NCBI GenBank assembly: GCA_963836185.1 | Contig: CAWIIQ010000001.1 | Span: forward strand, 1,984,001-2,048,000 | Length of the DNA stretch: 64,000 nucleotides | From: Candidatus Krumholzibacteriia bacterium | GTDB taxonomy: Bacteria > Krumholzibacteriota > Krumholzibacteriia > Krumholzibacteriales > Krumholzibacteriaceae | Direction of reading: 5' to 3' | Part shown: positions 29,770 to 39,766 of the stretch, piece by piece | Position numbering within the stretch: position 1 is the stretch's first letter | Layout: each line of letters begins with the position of its first letter | Notes under the pieces: generated by a model | What the model was told of the DNA's origin: nothing | Databases searched by the model: none | Seen by the model: the letters and a program-made list of their open reading frames with translations, nothing else | Position numbers and translations under genes: made by a program

Positions 29770-31671
29770 TCAGTCGAAAAGACGCCAGTTTATTCCGAAG
29801 CGGTAGTGCGAGCCGGGCATATACATCCCCGGCACAGTCTCGTACTGTTCATCGAGGATATTCTTCATCTCGAATCTCACCACTGCTCCAATCACGGTGA
29901 GCGAAACGGACAGATCGAGAAGCGTATAAGGGGCGAGCTCGACTCCGGAAAAGAGCCGGCTCCCTGTCTCGGAAGCGTAGATCCCGACAGTAAACAGCTC
30001 CGTCTTTTTAAACGACGGCCTGCTCAGCCATAGTCCGGCCCTCGCATAATACTCGGGGACGCCGGGCGTGATCTCTGCCCTGTCGGCGAACCAGTAGCCC
30101 CTGAGCTGCCAGTGGTAACTGAAAGAAGCGATACCTGTCGATCCCCCGCCCTTCAGCGAGGCTCGCAGCCCGATCACATCGTCGCTTCCTTCGGAAATAT
30201 AAACAGCCGGATCTGAACCTTCGAGGATTATCCTGTTTCGCTCGAGCCTCGCGAAGATATCGGTCGTAAACGATGTCCCGTAGCCCAGCCCGAGAGAGAT
30301 CTCGTCTGAGGTCTCATGCCCCAGGCCGGTGTTACCGGCGGTGCTGAACTGATCGCCTCCGGGAAGGTACTCGAGTTCAGGCTGGTAGAGCTCTTCGACG
30401 GTCGGTGTCCTGACACGCCTGGCCACGATAAGGGTCTGGTACAATCCCTTCTCATCTCCATGTGAGAGAGCCGCTTCACCGCCGGCGAAGAAACCCGATC
30501 CGGTCATCGTACCCGCTGAGACCCCGCCTCTCCAGCGCAGTGCTCCGGCATCGCCGCCCAGCGTCAGGCCTGCCTCGGCCCGGTCGACATCCGGTGAGAA
30601 AGGAGTGTTGATGAGCAGGTTCTCGAACGCCGCCCGCTCAGCCGAGACGAATCCTTTCGCGGCGATCGAGCCGGCAAGGCCATGCCACGTGACAGCTCCC
30701 CCGAAGACCAGCCCGGAGGTCATGCCCGTCCTTCTCCGCATCTCGACAAACCGCTGTCTCAGGGAGACCTCGGCGCCGCCCCTGACGTACCTGATCTCCG
30801 AATCGAGGCCATCGTACCTGACACTCTCCGGGGGCTGGGCCGGGTCGCGATAATATGGCCAGGCCCGCGTGCCGTTGTAGGTATCCTCAAACGTCCTCAA
30901 CCGGACCAGCACCCTGTCGCCCGCTTTCCCCCTCAAGGTCAAGTCGAGCATTACTGATCTCGAGTTATATTCGCCAACCAGCGCTGTCTCGTCATCGACC
31001 ACGGTTTCGAAAAAATCCTGCATATATTCATCATATGTGATCGTACCGTTTATAAAGGCGTCGGGTGACGAGAACCAGGCCTTGCGGGATTTCCGTCCGT
31101 TCGCTCCCCAGGTGAAATCACCAGCTGCGAAGGGAGGCTCCCTGCCCCCTTCCTCAAGGACGACATTTATCACTCCACCCGAGGCGGCCCGGCCTGTGAG
31201 CGATGGCGAGCTGCTGTAGATCACCTCTACCCGGCGTACCCTCGACAGGGTCAGAAACCTAGCCAGTGGGTCCTCGTTGTAGGGATCGTTGTACGGTACG
31301 CCGTTGACGAGCAGATTCATCCCCTTGACCGTCCTGCCATCGATCGTGTACAGGGTCCTCGAGCCGGGCGGTCCATCCTGCAGGACGTTTACGCCGGGGA
31401 GATGCTCGATTATATCCTCGATCGTGTTTATGTCGAACCTGGCCAGATCTTCGGCAGTCATTACGAAGACCTCGCCGGGCAGCGCGAGCGTATCACCGGC
31501 GGCGGAAAGGTACGCCCCCCCATACCTCGACGCTTCGCTGCCTGATCCGGTCGCGGGAAAAGTAGCGGCCGCGGTGAGCAATAATAAGAATGACCCTGCG
31601 ATGCGGGGCCGGACAAGATCCTTCAGACGTGTCATATATTGATATTGTGGGGCAGCATGCCCGCCGGTCAA
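29770..31671 (-). CDS. Outer-membrane beta-barrel with TonB-dependent-receptor-like plug domain
   Basis: Signal peptide, plug motifs IIEHLPGV, LLVNGVP, RVEVI and SGGVINV, C-terminus KNILDEQY...RFGINWRLFD. Start may be 31635. Confidence 0.8.
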   Translation of the reverse strand: MTGGHAAPQYQYMTRLKDLVRPRIAGSFLLLLTAAATFPATGSGSEASRYGGAYLSAAGDTLALPGEVFVMTAEDLARFDINTIEDIIEHLPGVNVLQDGPPGSRTLYTIDGRTVKGMNLLVNGVPYNDPYNEDPLARFLTLSRVRRVEVIYSSSPSLTGRAASGGVINVVLEEGGREPPFAAGDFTWGANGRKSRKAWFSSPDAFINGTITYDEYMQDFFETVVDDETALVGEYNSRSVMLDLTLRGKAGDRVLVRLRTFEDTYNGTRAWPYYRDPAQPPESVRYDGLDSEIRYVRGGAEVSLRQRFVEMRRRTGMTSGLVFGGAVTWHGLAGSIAAKGFVSAERAAFENLLINTPFSPDVDRAEAGLTLGGDAGALRWRGGVSAGTMTGSGFFAGGEAALSHGDEKGLYQTLIVARRVRTPTVEELYQPELEYLPGGDQFSTAGNTGLGHETSDEISLGLGYGTSFTTDIFARLERNRIILEGSDPAVYISEGSDDVIGLRASLKGGGSTGIASFSYHWQLRGYWFADRAEITPGVPEYYARAGLWLSRPSFKKTELFTVGIYASETGSRLFSGVELAPYTLLDLSVSLTVIGAVVRFEMKNILDEQYETVPGMYMPGSHYRFGINWRLFD

Positions 31672-32507
31672 GCCGAAAGTCCGGATGCAAGCCTGCGAAG
31701 TTCCCTTACTGAGTCGTACGGCACCGGAATCTCGCCGATAGCGGCCTTTTTTGCCTCTTCAAAATGATAGTCCGATCCGCCGGTGCAGACCAGCCCGTGT
31801 CTGCCGGCCTCGCTGAGCGCGCGTCTCGTAATATCCTCAGAGTGATTGGGGTGCCAGGCTTCGATCCCGGTCACTCCGCTGCTGAAGATCCGGTCGCACA
31901 GCCGCCGCTTTCTTATGTTCGCGCCTGGGTGGGCCCACACGGCGACGCCGCCCGATCCCTTCACTATCGAAACGACATCTTCAAGGGGGAGTACCTTCTT
32001 GGGGACGTAGCATGAAGCTCCATAACCGAGAAACCTGTCGAAAGCCTCCTGAAACTCGATCACGACACCTTTATTCAGCAGCACCTTCGCGACATGCGGC
32101 CTTCCGACCGTACCGGGCCCCGCTTCAGCCAGGATATCATCCAGTGTCACTGACACCCCGAGTTCCTGAAGCTTGACGGCGATCTTCGCCGCCCTCTCCG
32201 CCCTGCCCCTCTCGAGGTCCTCGAGGACGGCGGCCAGTCTCATATCGGAAAGACCGACGCAGTATCCGAGGATATGTATGTCTAGTTCCTCTTCCTTTAC
32301 GCTGAACTCGATTCCGGTGACGATTTCAACCCCCAGCGCCCTGCCCGCCTCGATCGCTTCTTCCTGCCCGGCGGCCGTATCGTGATCGGATATCGACACC
32401 GCTGAAAGTCCCGCATCGGCAGCAGCGCGCACGATAGACGCAGGGGACATCGCCCCGTCTGAATAGTACGAATGTATGTGAAGGTCGCAGGAAGAAATGG
32501 AGTTCAT
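31668..32507 (-). CDS. PHP-domain phosphoesterase (TrpH/YciV-like)
   Basis: DLHIHSYYSDG, SDHD, HILGY, GRPH, AHP and GGSDYH motifs. Confidence 0.92.
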   Translation of the reverse strand: MNSISSCDLHIHSYYSDGAMSPASIVRAAADAGLSAVSISDHDTAAGQEEAIEAGRALGVEIVTGIEFSVKEEELDIHILGYCVGLSDMRLAAVLEDLERGRAERAAKIAVKLQELGVSVTLDDILAEAGPGTVGRPHVAKVLLNKGVVIEFQEAFDRFLGYGASCYVPKKVLPLEDVVSIVKGSGGVAVWAHPGANIRKRRLCDRIFSSGVTGIEAWHPNHSEDITRRALSEAGRHGLVCTGGSDYHFEEAKKAAIGEIPVPYDSVRELRRLASGLSA

Positions 32508-32516
32508 CCGGTTCTT

Positions 32517-34184
32517 TCAGCTTACGGTGCTGTACTTCTTCATCTTTTCCGAGATCTCGCGGAAGGTCACGTCGACTATATAGACTTCCTCGAAATGCTC
32601 CCTCGCCTTGTCGGATTCTTCGAGCGCCTCGTACGCGAGACCGAGATTATAATGGATACCGAGGTTGTCCCCGCCCGTATTCATAGCGATCTCCAGCCCT
32701 CGGTTGAGCTGCTTGACCGCAAGCCGCGGATTGTCGAGAAGCAGGAAGCAGTGACCTATCATCTCGAGGCTTCTGAGCTGAAGCTGTTCGGACCTCGACG
32801 ATATCTGCAGTTCCTTGATCGACTCGTTGTAGAGGGCCATCTCGATGTAAGCCATGCCGAGATCGTAGTGACTCCTGAAATCATTCTCCTCCACATCGCT
32901 CGTGATCTCGCTCGTGATCTCCTCGGCGAGTTTCTCCGTATCGACCGTATCTGACTCAATGGCGGCGTCCTCGGCTTCGAGGATGTCGGAAAGATCGTCG
33001 TCGATTTCAGTGACGCCCGCGTCAGGTTCCTCTTCCGTATCGTCAGCGGGGACCTCATCGATGATATACTCCTCGGCCGCCTTCGGAACAGGAGCGGTTT
33101 CCACGACAGGCTCAGCCACAGGCTCGACCGGTATCTCGTACTCGTTCACGGGAGTCTCAACAACGGGCTCCGCCGGTATCTCATACTCGTTCACGGGAGC
33201 CTCAGCAGCGGGCTCTGCCGGTATCTCATACTCGTTCACGGGAGCCTCAGCGGCGGGCTCCGCCGGTATCTCATACTCGTTCACGGGAGCCTCAGCGGCG
33301 GGCTCTGCCGGTATCTCATACTCGTTCACGGGAGCCTCAGCGGCGGGCTCGGTCCGGGATTCCTGCACGGGGGTCCCAGCGGCGGCCGGCACTTCCTCGA
33401 CGACAGGTTCCTGCGCCGGGGCCTCCGCTTCAGCCGGATTGCTCCCCGCGGCCTCAGCGGCAGCGGAAGTATCGATCTCCTCCACGGTAAGATCAGGCTC
33501 TTCGTCGATATCTTCGTCATCTGCCAGCTCGATACACTCGCTGAGGATCTCCTCGATCCTTCCCTGTTCCTCGGCTGACAGCGCTCCCCGGAGAAGATCG
33601 AGCCTGCTCCGGTAGAAATCTGTCTTGTCACCGTCACCCTTACCGACGCTCCGGACGATAAGTTTCGCGAATATCTCTGCCGCCGCGATCTTCAGCCCGA
33701 TCTGGGTAAGGACCTCGCCGGCCCTTGAGTGAAGCTCGTCATCTTCCGGCACGAGCTCCAGTGCCAGCTCCACCTTCGGGAGGACCATCTCCGGCCGCGC
33801 TCCGCCCTCGTCGACGGTTACCATGTCGAAATACTGGATGAAGAGCCCGCAGGCCTCGCCGGTGAATTTCTGCTTTGCCTTGAGCTCTCCGAGCTTAAAT
33901 ATCGATTCGAGCCTGTTGGGGACGACTCTGAGTATCTTCTTGCACACCGCTACGGCGTTGTTGTACAGGGCGACCTTTTCGTAATTGTCAACGGCCTTCT
34001 CGAAGGACGAGACGGCCTGCATCTTGTCATCAGCCTTCAGGTATATGTCGCCGAGCTCGTTGTAGAGGTTCGGATTGCGGGATTCGACCTGGAGGAGCTT
34101 CTTGTAAGCTTCGATCGCTTCACTTACCTTGCCCTTCTTCAGGAAACCCTGAGCCTTCTGTCTGTACTGACTGGCCTTGCTCAC
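32517..34184 (-). CDS. TPR protein with acidic repeat linker (SgmX/FimV-C-like architecture)
   Basis: N-terminal TPRs, central acidic Pro/Glu region, C-terminal TPRs SHYDLGMAYIEM and HYNLGLAYE; no signal peptide. Confidence 0.8.
   Translation of the reverse strand: MSKASQYRQKAQGFLKKGKVSEAIEAYKKLLQVESRNPNLYNELGDIYLKADDKMQAVSSFEKAVDNYEKVALYNNAVAVCKKILRVVPNRLESIFKLGELKAKQKFTGEACGLFIQYFDMVTVDEGGARPEMVLPKVELALELVPEDDELHSRAGEVLTQIGLKIAAAEIFAKLIVRSVGKGDGDKTDFYRSRLDLLRGALSAEEQGRIEEILSECIELADDEDIDEEPDLTVEEIDTSAAAEAAGSNPAEAEAPAQEPVVEEVPAAAGTPVQESRTEPAAEAPVNEYEIPAEPAAEAPVNEYEIPAEPAAEAPVNEYEIPAEPAAEAPVNEYEIPAEPVVETPVNEYEIPVEPVAEPVVETAPVPKAAEEYIIDEVPADDTEEEPDAGVTEIDDDLSDILEAEDAAIESDTVDTEKLAEEITSEITSDVEENDFRSHYDLGMAYIEMALYNESIKELQISSRSEQLQLRSLEMIGHCFLLLDNPRLAVKQLNRGLEIAMNTGGDNLGIHYNLGLAYEALEESDKAREHFEEVYIVDVTFREISEKMKKYSTVS
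33121..33350. repeat. In-frame tandem repeat, 5 x 45 bp (15 aa EPAAEAPVNEYEIPA)
   Basis: Unit GGCTCYGCCGGTATCTCATACTCGTTCACGGGAGCCTCAGCRGCG at 33166, 33211, 33256 and 33301, with a more diverged copy at 33121. Confidence 0.97.
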
Positions 34185-35479
34185 AGCCCCACCTCGCTTC
34201 TCTCCCGGTACCCCTGGAGCTCCCAGGCCACTTCGCCATCCTTGAATACGACTGCGGCGTGGTTTTCACCCGCACGGGACGGTATCTCGCGATAGTCCTC
34301 CACATCGTAGATCACAAAATCAGCCTTCTTGCCCTTTTCCAGAGATCCCACTTCATCCGCCATACCGACTGCGCACGCGGCGTTGTATGTCGCGGCGACT
34401 ATCGCCTCTGCCGGTACCATCCCCATCTGGGAACAGGCTATCGAAACGGCGAGCGGCATCGAATGCGAAGGCGCGCTCCCCGGGTTGAAATCAGTTGAAA
34501 GGGCGACCGCCACATCGGAATCGATCATCTCCCTGGCGGGAGCGTAATGCCTCGAAGCAAGTCCGAAAGAGGTCGCCGGCAGGAGAACCGCTATCGTCGG
34601 ACTTCCTGAGAGAGCGGCTATCCCGTCCGCGGTCACCTTTGTGAGATGCTCGACCGAGACGGCTCCCATCTCGACGGCGAGCTCTGTCCCGCCCAGCGCG
34701 TATATCTCGTCGGAATGCACTTTCAGGCCGAAGCCGTGCTTTTTTCCCGCCTCGAGTATCCGCCTCGTCTCTTCCACGTCGAAGACGCCTTTCTCACAGA
34801 ACACGTCGATGTACCTGGCAAGCCCCGCTTCGGCTACCGCCGGCATCATCTCGTCTATCAGCTTGTCGATGTACGTGTCATCTTCCTTACCGCCGGGCGG
34901 CTTGTGATGAGCGCCCATGAAAGTCGCCACCACGTCAAGAGGAGTTCCCGCGCCGAGACGCGCGATCACCCGGAGCTGTTTCATCTCGCTCTCTAGATCG
35001 AGCCCGTATCCGCTCTTGATCTCGATCGTCGTGACGCCCTGCTCGAGCATCTTGAGGACCCGTCGCCTGCTCTTCTCGAACAGCCTGTCCTCGCCGGTCT
35101 CCCGTACTTCCCTGACGGAGCGCTTGATCCCGCCTCCGCGTTTGTCGATATCGAGGTAACTGTCTCCCCTGATCCTCGCCTCGTACTCGTCGGCCCTGTA
35201 TCCGGCGAAGACGGCGTGCGTGTGAGGGTCGACCCAGCCGGGCATCACTACCCGGCCATCGGCGTATATCGTCGAAATTATCTCTGAGCCCCTGACAGCG
35301 GTCTTTACCTCGTCCTCCGTGCCCACCGCGACGATCCGACCGGCTGAGACGGCTATAGCGCCGCCTTTTACCAGGCCGGGATCTGCAAGATTTCTTCCCC
35401 TTCGTGGTCCCTTTTCGCCGCTTCGACAGGTTATCAGCTGTCCGGCGCCGAGGAGCACCAAATCGACAGAGTCAGGCAA
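34181..35479 (-). CDS. hutI: Imidazolonepropionase
   Basis: PGWVDPHTH, EIKSGYGL, DVFCEKG and STDFNPG motifs. Likely TTG start at 35479 after AAGGAG. Confidence 0.95.
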   Translation of the reverse strand: MPDSVDLVLLGAGQLITCRSGEKGPRRGRNLADPGLVKGGAIAVSAGRIVAVGTEDEVKTAVRGSEIISTIYADGRVVMPGWVDPHTHAVFAGYRADEYEARIRGDSYLDIDKRGGGIKRSVREVRETGEDRLFEKSRRRVLKMLEQGVTTIEIKSGYGLDLESEMKQLRVIARLGAGTPLDVVATFMGAHHKPPGGKEDDTYIDKLIDEMMPAVAEAGLARYIDVFCEKGVFDVEETRRILEAGKKHGFGLKVHSDEIYALGGTELAVEMGAVSVEHLTKVTADGIAALSGSPTIAVLLPATSFGLASRHYAPAREMIDSDVAVALSTDFNPGSAPSHSMPLAVSIACSQMGMVPAEAIVAATYNAACAVGMADEVGSLEKGKKADFVIYDVEDYREIPSRAGENHAAVVFKDGEVAWELQGYRERSEVGL

Positions 35480-35602
35480 GCGCCACTCCTTGCATAATCG
35501 AACCACAGTCCCGCCCATACGCGGGCAAAATGCATAAATCGTGTGTTGCGAAAGTGGTACCCGGTTTTGAACCGTTCCTGCCCGGCCGATGCGGAAGGGT
35601 AA

Positions 35603-37258
35603 TCATTTTCCCAGCATCGGAAGGTCGAGCCCTGCATCTTTCGCTTTTTCAATGGCTATCGTATAGCCGGCATCGGCGTGTCTTGCAACTCCTGTGCCAG
35701 GGTCATTATTGAGGCAACGCGCTAATTTTATACGGCCTTCCGGCGTTCCGTCGGCCACCACCGCGATACCGGCGTGGATCGATAATCCCATGCCCACACC
35801 ACCCCCGTGATGGACCGAGACCCATGCCGCTCCACTCGCGGTATTGAGCAGCGCGTTGAGGATCGGCCAGTCCGCCACCGCGTCGCTGCCGTCCTTCATA
35901 GCCTCAGTCTCCCGGTACGGTGAAGCGACCGACCCGCTGTCGAGATGATCGCGCCCGATGACGATCGGCGCGCTGATCTCCCCGCTGGCCACGAGGTCAT
36001 GCATCGCGAGGCCCAGTCTTTCCCTCTCGCCGTACTCGAGCCAGCAGATCCTCGAAGGCAGTCCCTGGAAGGCGACCTGTTCGCGTGCCATCCTTATCCA
36101 GCGGCAGAGTGATTCGTTCTCGGGGAACATCTCGAGGACGAGGTCGTCGGTCCTCCAGATATCCTCCTTCTTTCCGGAAAGGGCGATCCATCGAAACGGC
36201 CCTTTGCCGGTGCAGAACATCGGTCTTATGAATGCGGGAACAAAACCGGGGAAATCGAAGGCGTTCTTCAGGCCGCCGGTCTCAGCCTGTCCGCGGATGT
36301 TGTTGCCGTAATCGAATACGATCGATCCCTTCGCCTGCAGGTCGAGCATCGCCTGGACATGGAGGACGATGGACTCGGTCGCCTCCTTGATGTACCTGTC
36401 GGGATTGCTCTCCCTCAGTCCCGCTGCCTCTTCGAGCGTGTATCCTCTAGGCACATATCCGTTGAGCGGATCGTGAGCGGAGGTCTGATCGGTGACAACG
36501 TCGATGACGATGTCTCTCTTCGCGAGCTCAGGGAAGACATCGGCCGCGTTCCCGACAAGGCCTATCGATAAAGGCTTTTTCGCCTTCACAGCTTCTTCCG
36601 CCTTCGCGAGGGCGGTGTCGAGGTCTGTCTCCATCACGTCGCAGTATTTTGTCTCGAGCCTTCTCTTGATCCGTTCGGGATCGACCTCGACTATGAGGCA
36701 GACGCCGCCGTTCATCGTCACGGCGAGAGGCTGAGCTCCGCTCATCCCGCCGAGTCCGCCTGAGAGGACGAACCTCCCTGCAAGGGTCCCTCCGAAATGC
36801 TGCCTGGCGCACTCGGAGAATGTCTCGTATGTCCCCTGCAGGATCCCCTGCGTGCCGATGTACATCCAGGAGCCGGCCGTCATCTGGCCGTACATCATCA
36901 GGTCCTTCGATTCGAGCTCCCAGAAGTGCTCCCACGTGGCCCACTTCGGAACGAGAAGGGAGTTGGCGAGCAGAACGCGCGGGGCGCCCTCATGGGTCGG
37001 GAATACCGCGACCGGCTTTCCCGACTGGATCAGAAGGGTCTCGTCGTTACCGAGGCGCTTGAGGGTATCGATGATGGCGTAGTAGCAGTCCCAGTTCCTC
37101 GCCGCTTTCCCCCTGCCCCCGTACACGACCAGCTCTGCGGGATTCTCCGCGTTCTCCGGGTCGAGGTTGTTCATGAGCATCCTCATCGCCGCTTCCTGGA
37201 ACCATCCCTGGCAGGTGATATCACTGCCGCGGGGAGCTCTGATTACTTCCGGACTCAT
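35603..37258 (-). CDS. hutU: Urocanate hydratase
   Basis: [24 protein letters not shown] and GRDHLDSG motifs. Confidence 0.98.
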   Translation of the reverse strand: MSPEVIRAPRGSDITCQGWFQEAAMRMLMNNLDPENAENPAELVVYGGRGKAARNWDCYYAIIDTLKRLGNDETLLIQSGKPVAVFPTHEGAPRVLLANSLLVPKWATWEHFWELESKDLMMYGQMTAGSWMYIGTQGILQGTYETFSECARQHFGGTLAGRFVLSGGLGGMSGAQPLAVTMNGGVCLIVEVDPERIKRRLETKYCDVMETDLDTALAKAEEAVKAKKPLSIGLVGNAADVFPELAKRDIVIDVVTDQTSAHDPLNGYVPRGYTLEEAAGLRESNPDRYIKEATESIVLHVQAMLDLQAKGSIVFDYGNNIRGQAETGGLKNAFDFPGFVPAFIRPMFCTGKGPFRWIALSGKKEDIWRTDDLVLEMFPENESLCRWIRMAREQVAFQGLPSRICWLEYGERERLGLAMHDLVASGEISAPIVIGRDHLDSGSVASPYRETEAMKDGSDAVADWPILNALLNTASGAAWVSVHHGGGVGMGLSIHAGIAVVADGTPEGRIKLARCLNNDPGTGVARHADAGYTIAIEKAKDAGLDLPMLGK

Positions 37259-37353
37259 TTCCAGTTACCTCCGAACAAGGTTTCGGTCAATCACGTAACG
37301 CTCTGTAATAATATGTGTTAAATCATAATCTTGCGCCCGTTTGAACGGGAATC

Positions 37354-37383
37354 ACTCTACACTATCCGCACCCCCGATGGCAA
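37354..37383 (-). promoter_or_regulatory. Candidate sigma-70 promoter for hutU
   Basis: Minus strand TTGCCA-N18-TAGAGT. Confidence 0.5.
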
Positions 37384-37417
37384 CCGTAAATGGCGCCTGA
37401 GAACTGTAACCGTCCCT

Positions 37418-39745
37418 TTACATCCCTTTCTTTTCAAACCATCCGGCCGCCGAGCCGGCGGCGTCACCGATCGAGGATACCTGCTTCGCCTTCACCGGCA
37501 GCGACGAAAGTACAGCGGGAGCGTACGACTTCGTTCCGAGACGGGGATCCATCAGGACCACCACCCCGCGGTCGTCCTTTCTCCTGATCAACCTCCCTAC
37601 CCCCTGCCTCAGCCTCAGGATCGCCTCGGGAAGGGAAAGCATCGTAAATGGATTACCTCCATCTGCCTGCATCCTCTCGGACCTCGCCTCGATGACAGGC
37701 TCAGTCGGAACAGGAAAGGGGAGCTTGGGTATAACGAGGATCTCGAGCTCGCCGCCGGGAAAATCGACTCCCTCCCAGAAGGAGGCTACTCCGAGAAGAA
37801 CCGCGCCCCCGGACGACCTGAACGTCGACGCCAGCTCTTCCCTGCTCATGCCGCCCCCCTGCACGAGAAGGGTCCCGCTGAATCCGAGGTCTTCGAGCTC
37901 ATCCCTCGTGGCAAGGCACATCCTGTACGAAGTGAAAAGGGCCATTATCCTCCGGCCCGTTGCTCCCGACAGGCCTGATATCATCCGGCCCACATTTCCG
38001 GCGAACGATTCGTCGTTAGGATCGCTGCCGCCGCCTGTCCTCATTATAAGGAGGTTCCTCTCGTAGTCGAAGGGTGAGCCCGCAACGAGGTTCACCGGCT
38101 CCTTCCCGGTCAGGCCTATCCCCAGCCTGTCCATCACGTAACCGAACGACCCGTTCTCGGCCAGCGTGGCAGAGGTGAAGACGGCCGTGGCGGTACGCTC
38201 CTCGAGATAGTCCGCAAAGCGCCTGTCGATCTCGAGGGGAGAGCCGCAGAGAGCGGCGACCCTGCCGCCCCCTGTCCATTCTATCCAGAAGACCCCGTCG
38301 GGATCTGAACCGTCCTGGAGGTATCTCACCGATTCGGCCAGCCCCTCGAGCTCCTCGTCGATGAAGCGCAGTTCGTTCTGCATGACCATCATCGACTGGG
38401 GGACACTCACACTACAAAACAGTTTAAGTATCTCTCGTATTTCATTATTAATAAAGTAGAAGCGGTCAAATACATCGTCCGCTTCAGAGAACGTCCCTTC
38501 GCCGTACCGTGTTCTCGTCCCTGCCGCTCCACCACTCGAAAGTGCCGCTGCTGCCGAGAATATCGCCGCATAATCGGCCTCGAGCTCACCCTTCTTCCCC
38601 GAGAGGGCCTGCACCCTGCCCGCCCAGCTGGACGCCTCGTCTCCACCTCCGGCAGCCCCCAGTTCATGGACCAGCATCTTCCATCTCTGCGACAGGGGCG
38701 ATACCGGCTCGATCTGCTCGAATATCCTCTCGAGTGTGTTCGACGATATCCTCGTCGAGAGGTTGTCCATCACGCATTTCTCGAGATGATGAGCCTCATC
38801 GAATATGACGCGGGTATACGGGCCGAGGACAGTCCCTCCCTGCCTGTAGTCCGTCATCAGCAGAGCATGGTTCACAAAGAGGATCGCCGACTCTGCCGCC
38901 CTCTTTCTCGCCGAGAGCAGCGGACAGCCTCCGGCGTGTGAGCAGGCCTTCATCAGGCATCGTGGAGGTGCGCAGATCGAGCGAGCGGGAAAGGGCATGG
39001 CGGATGACGGGATCGACTCGGCAGTTCCCTCGGAGGCCAGTGCGGCGGCGAGCCCGAGCTTCAGGGCCCCCTCCGGGTCGTCGCCGGCGAGCCTTACCGT
39101 CCTGGAGACGAGCTTTCGCGAGCAGATATAGTTCTCCCTGCCCATCAGCCTCTCTACCGGCAGGCCCGGCCCGGTGAATGAACGGAGGATCGGAAGCTCC
39201 TTCTCGAGGAGCTGCTGCTGGAGATTTCTCGTGTGGGTGGAGATGACGATCCGCTCGCCGGTCGCAGCAGAGAAGATGGCGGACGGAAGGAGATAGGCTA
39301 GGGATTTCCCCGTTCCTGTTCCAGCCTCTACGAACGAGATCTCGTCCCGCACGAGCGCGGTCATGACCGTCCTGGCCATCGCCGCCTGCCCTTCGCGCTT
39401 CTCACCGAGGATCTCCTGTATCCTGCCTATATCGCGGTCGATCGCCCTCTCGAGCTCGGCCGGGTCGATGCCGGCCTGCCGGGGCACCTGCCGCGGCGCC
39501 TCCCCGGAAAGATCCTCCTCGGCAGGCCCCTCAAAGAGGTCGTCCTTTCCAGAGGAGGAGATCACCGCCCGCTCGAGTATATCGATACCGGAAAAGGATA
39601 TCTCGCGCGCGAAACGCAGCAGAAGAGCCGGCGGCACAGGGCCCGACGCTATCGCGGAGCTCAGACGCACCGGTGCGTCAGGCTCAAGAAGTGATTCCCT
39701 GTAGTCATGGGGTACAAGATCGAGAAATGCCTCTACGCCAGGCAT
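37418..39745 (-). CDS. dinG: DinG/YoaA-family ATP-dependent helicase
   Basis: EAGTGTGKS, GRENYIC plus Cys cluster, DEAHH, TSATL, FWEGVD and QGVGRLIR motifs. Confidence 0.9.
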   Translation of the reverse strand: MPGVEAFLDLVPHDYRESLLEPDAPVRLSSAIASGPVPPALLLRFAREISFSGIDILERAVISSSGKDDLFEGPAEEDLSGEAPRQVPRQAGIDPAELERAIDRDIGRIQEILGEKREGQAAMARTVMTALVRDEISFVEAGTGTGKSLAYLLPSAIFSAATGERIVISTHTRNLQQQLLEKELPILRSFTGPGLPVERLMGRENYICSRKLVSRTVRLAGDDPEGALKLGLAAALASEGTAESIPSSAMPFPARSICAPPRCLMKACSHAGGCPLLSARKRAAESAILFVNHALLMTDYRQGGTVLGPYTRVIFDEAHHLEKCVMDNLSTRISSNTLERIFEQIEPVSPLSQRWKMLVHELGAAGGGDEASSWAGRVQALSGKKGELEADYAAIFSAAAALSSGGAAGTRTRYGEGTFSEADDVFDRFYFINNEIREILKLFCSVSVPQSMMVMQNELRFIDEELEGLAESVRYLQDGSDPDGVFWIEWTGGGRVAALCGSPLEIDRRFADYLEERTATAVFTSATLAENGSFGYVMDRLGIGLTGKEPVNLVAGSPFDYERNLLIMRTGGGSDPNDESFAGNVGRMISGLSGATGRRIMALFTSYRMCLATRDELEDLGFSGTLLVQGGGMSREELASTFRSSGGAVLLGVASFWEGVDFPGGELEILVIPKLPFPVPTEPVIEARSERMQADGGNPFTMLSLPEAILRLRQGVGRLIRRKDDRGVVVLMDPRLGTKSYAPAVLSSLPVKAKQVSSIGDAAGSAAGWFEKKGM

Positions 39746-39766
39746 CGAGATCCTCCTCCGCCCCTG

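Noticed and set aside
29436-29900. 154-aa plus-strand ORF in the pilB upstream gap
   Set aside because: No recognisable features; it overlaps the sigma-54 promoter and the barrel gene end, so the region is more likely regulatory DNA.
33121-33350. Possible CRISPR array
   Set aside because: The units are contiguous 45-bp in-frame coding repeats with no unique spacers, and no cas genes are present.
35555-35572. Sigma-54 promoter in the hutU-hutI gap (TGGTAC...TTTGA, plus strand)
   Set aside because: The -12 element is wrong and misplaced, and it points antisense into hutU.
34181-37258. Incomplete histidine utilisation pathway as a novelty
   Set aside because: hutH and hutG/ftcD are often unlinked, and absence from one window says nothing about the genome.
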